Shown one piece after another: positions 63,701 to 64,000 of a DNA stretch of 64,000 nt; position 1 is the first letter of the stretch, and each line of letters begins with the position of its first letter. The position numbers and the translations under genes were made by a program. This DNA is from Azolla caroliniana (Eukaryota > Plantae > Polypodiophyta): assembly GCA_043228905.1 (NCBI GenBank), contig JBHGNT010000001.1, positions 1,302,001 to 1,366,000 of the forward strand, written 5' to 3'. The notes beneath the pieces are model-generated. The model saw only the letters and a list, made by a program, of their open reading frames with translations, did not search any database and was not told the origin of the DNA.

Positions 63701-64000
63701 ACTTTAATGCATTTTGTTGTCCTTTTTTGGGTATGAAGGTACATGGAGAAAGTTTATCCCATAAGCCCCATGAAGATCATTTATCAATATGTCTCACGCA
63801 CAAACTCACGCTTGACATTTTTAGGCGTGCCTCATTTGAGGAGTAAAATATCACAATCTTTTAAAAAAGAGTCATATTGTGAGATGCACATAAACACATG
63901 CACATGCACACCACAATATGAACTCGTAAGTAGCTAGTCTTTGCATCCATTCATCCATGCGACAACCTATCTCCTTCATTGCCAACCGTACATACTACGA

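Overview
Eukaryotic land-plant nuclear DNA: AT-rich intergenic sequence, GT-AG spliceosomal introns and many TE relics. The style of the PLS-PPR relic suggests a fern, but this is inference only. Five intact multi-exon host genes can be assembled by hand with consistent exon phases: a QRT3-like polygalacturonase (-), a PITH-domain protein (+), a polyol/monosaccharide transporter (-), a BRIZ/BRAP2 RING-ZnF-UBP protein (+) and a CRWN/NMCP nuclear lamina protein (-). The first 8.3 kb is a nested TE complex. A 4.7-kb hAT transposon (TIRs, perfect 8-bp TSD, transposase with one nonsense codon, antisense P-type PPR fragment inside) has inserted into the integrase of a Ty1/copia element. The copia pol has a long charged C-terminal extension, and its 3' LTR is in the window. 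Also present: two TSD-flanked 5'-truncated L1 LINEs of one family, other LINE/LTR relics, two copies of a CATAGTA-ended MITE, a Pack-type non-autonomous hAT in CRWN intron 1, a PLS-PPR pseudogene, an intronic fold-back, tandem duplications and microsatellites. The most notable points are gene-fragment capture by hAT elements and a BRIZ gene whose RING has lost three of eight zinc ligands while the rest of the gene is intact. I found no tRNA, rRNA or CRISPR, and I cannot support a wholly new multi-gene system from the sequence alone.
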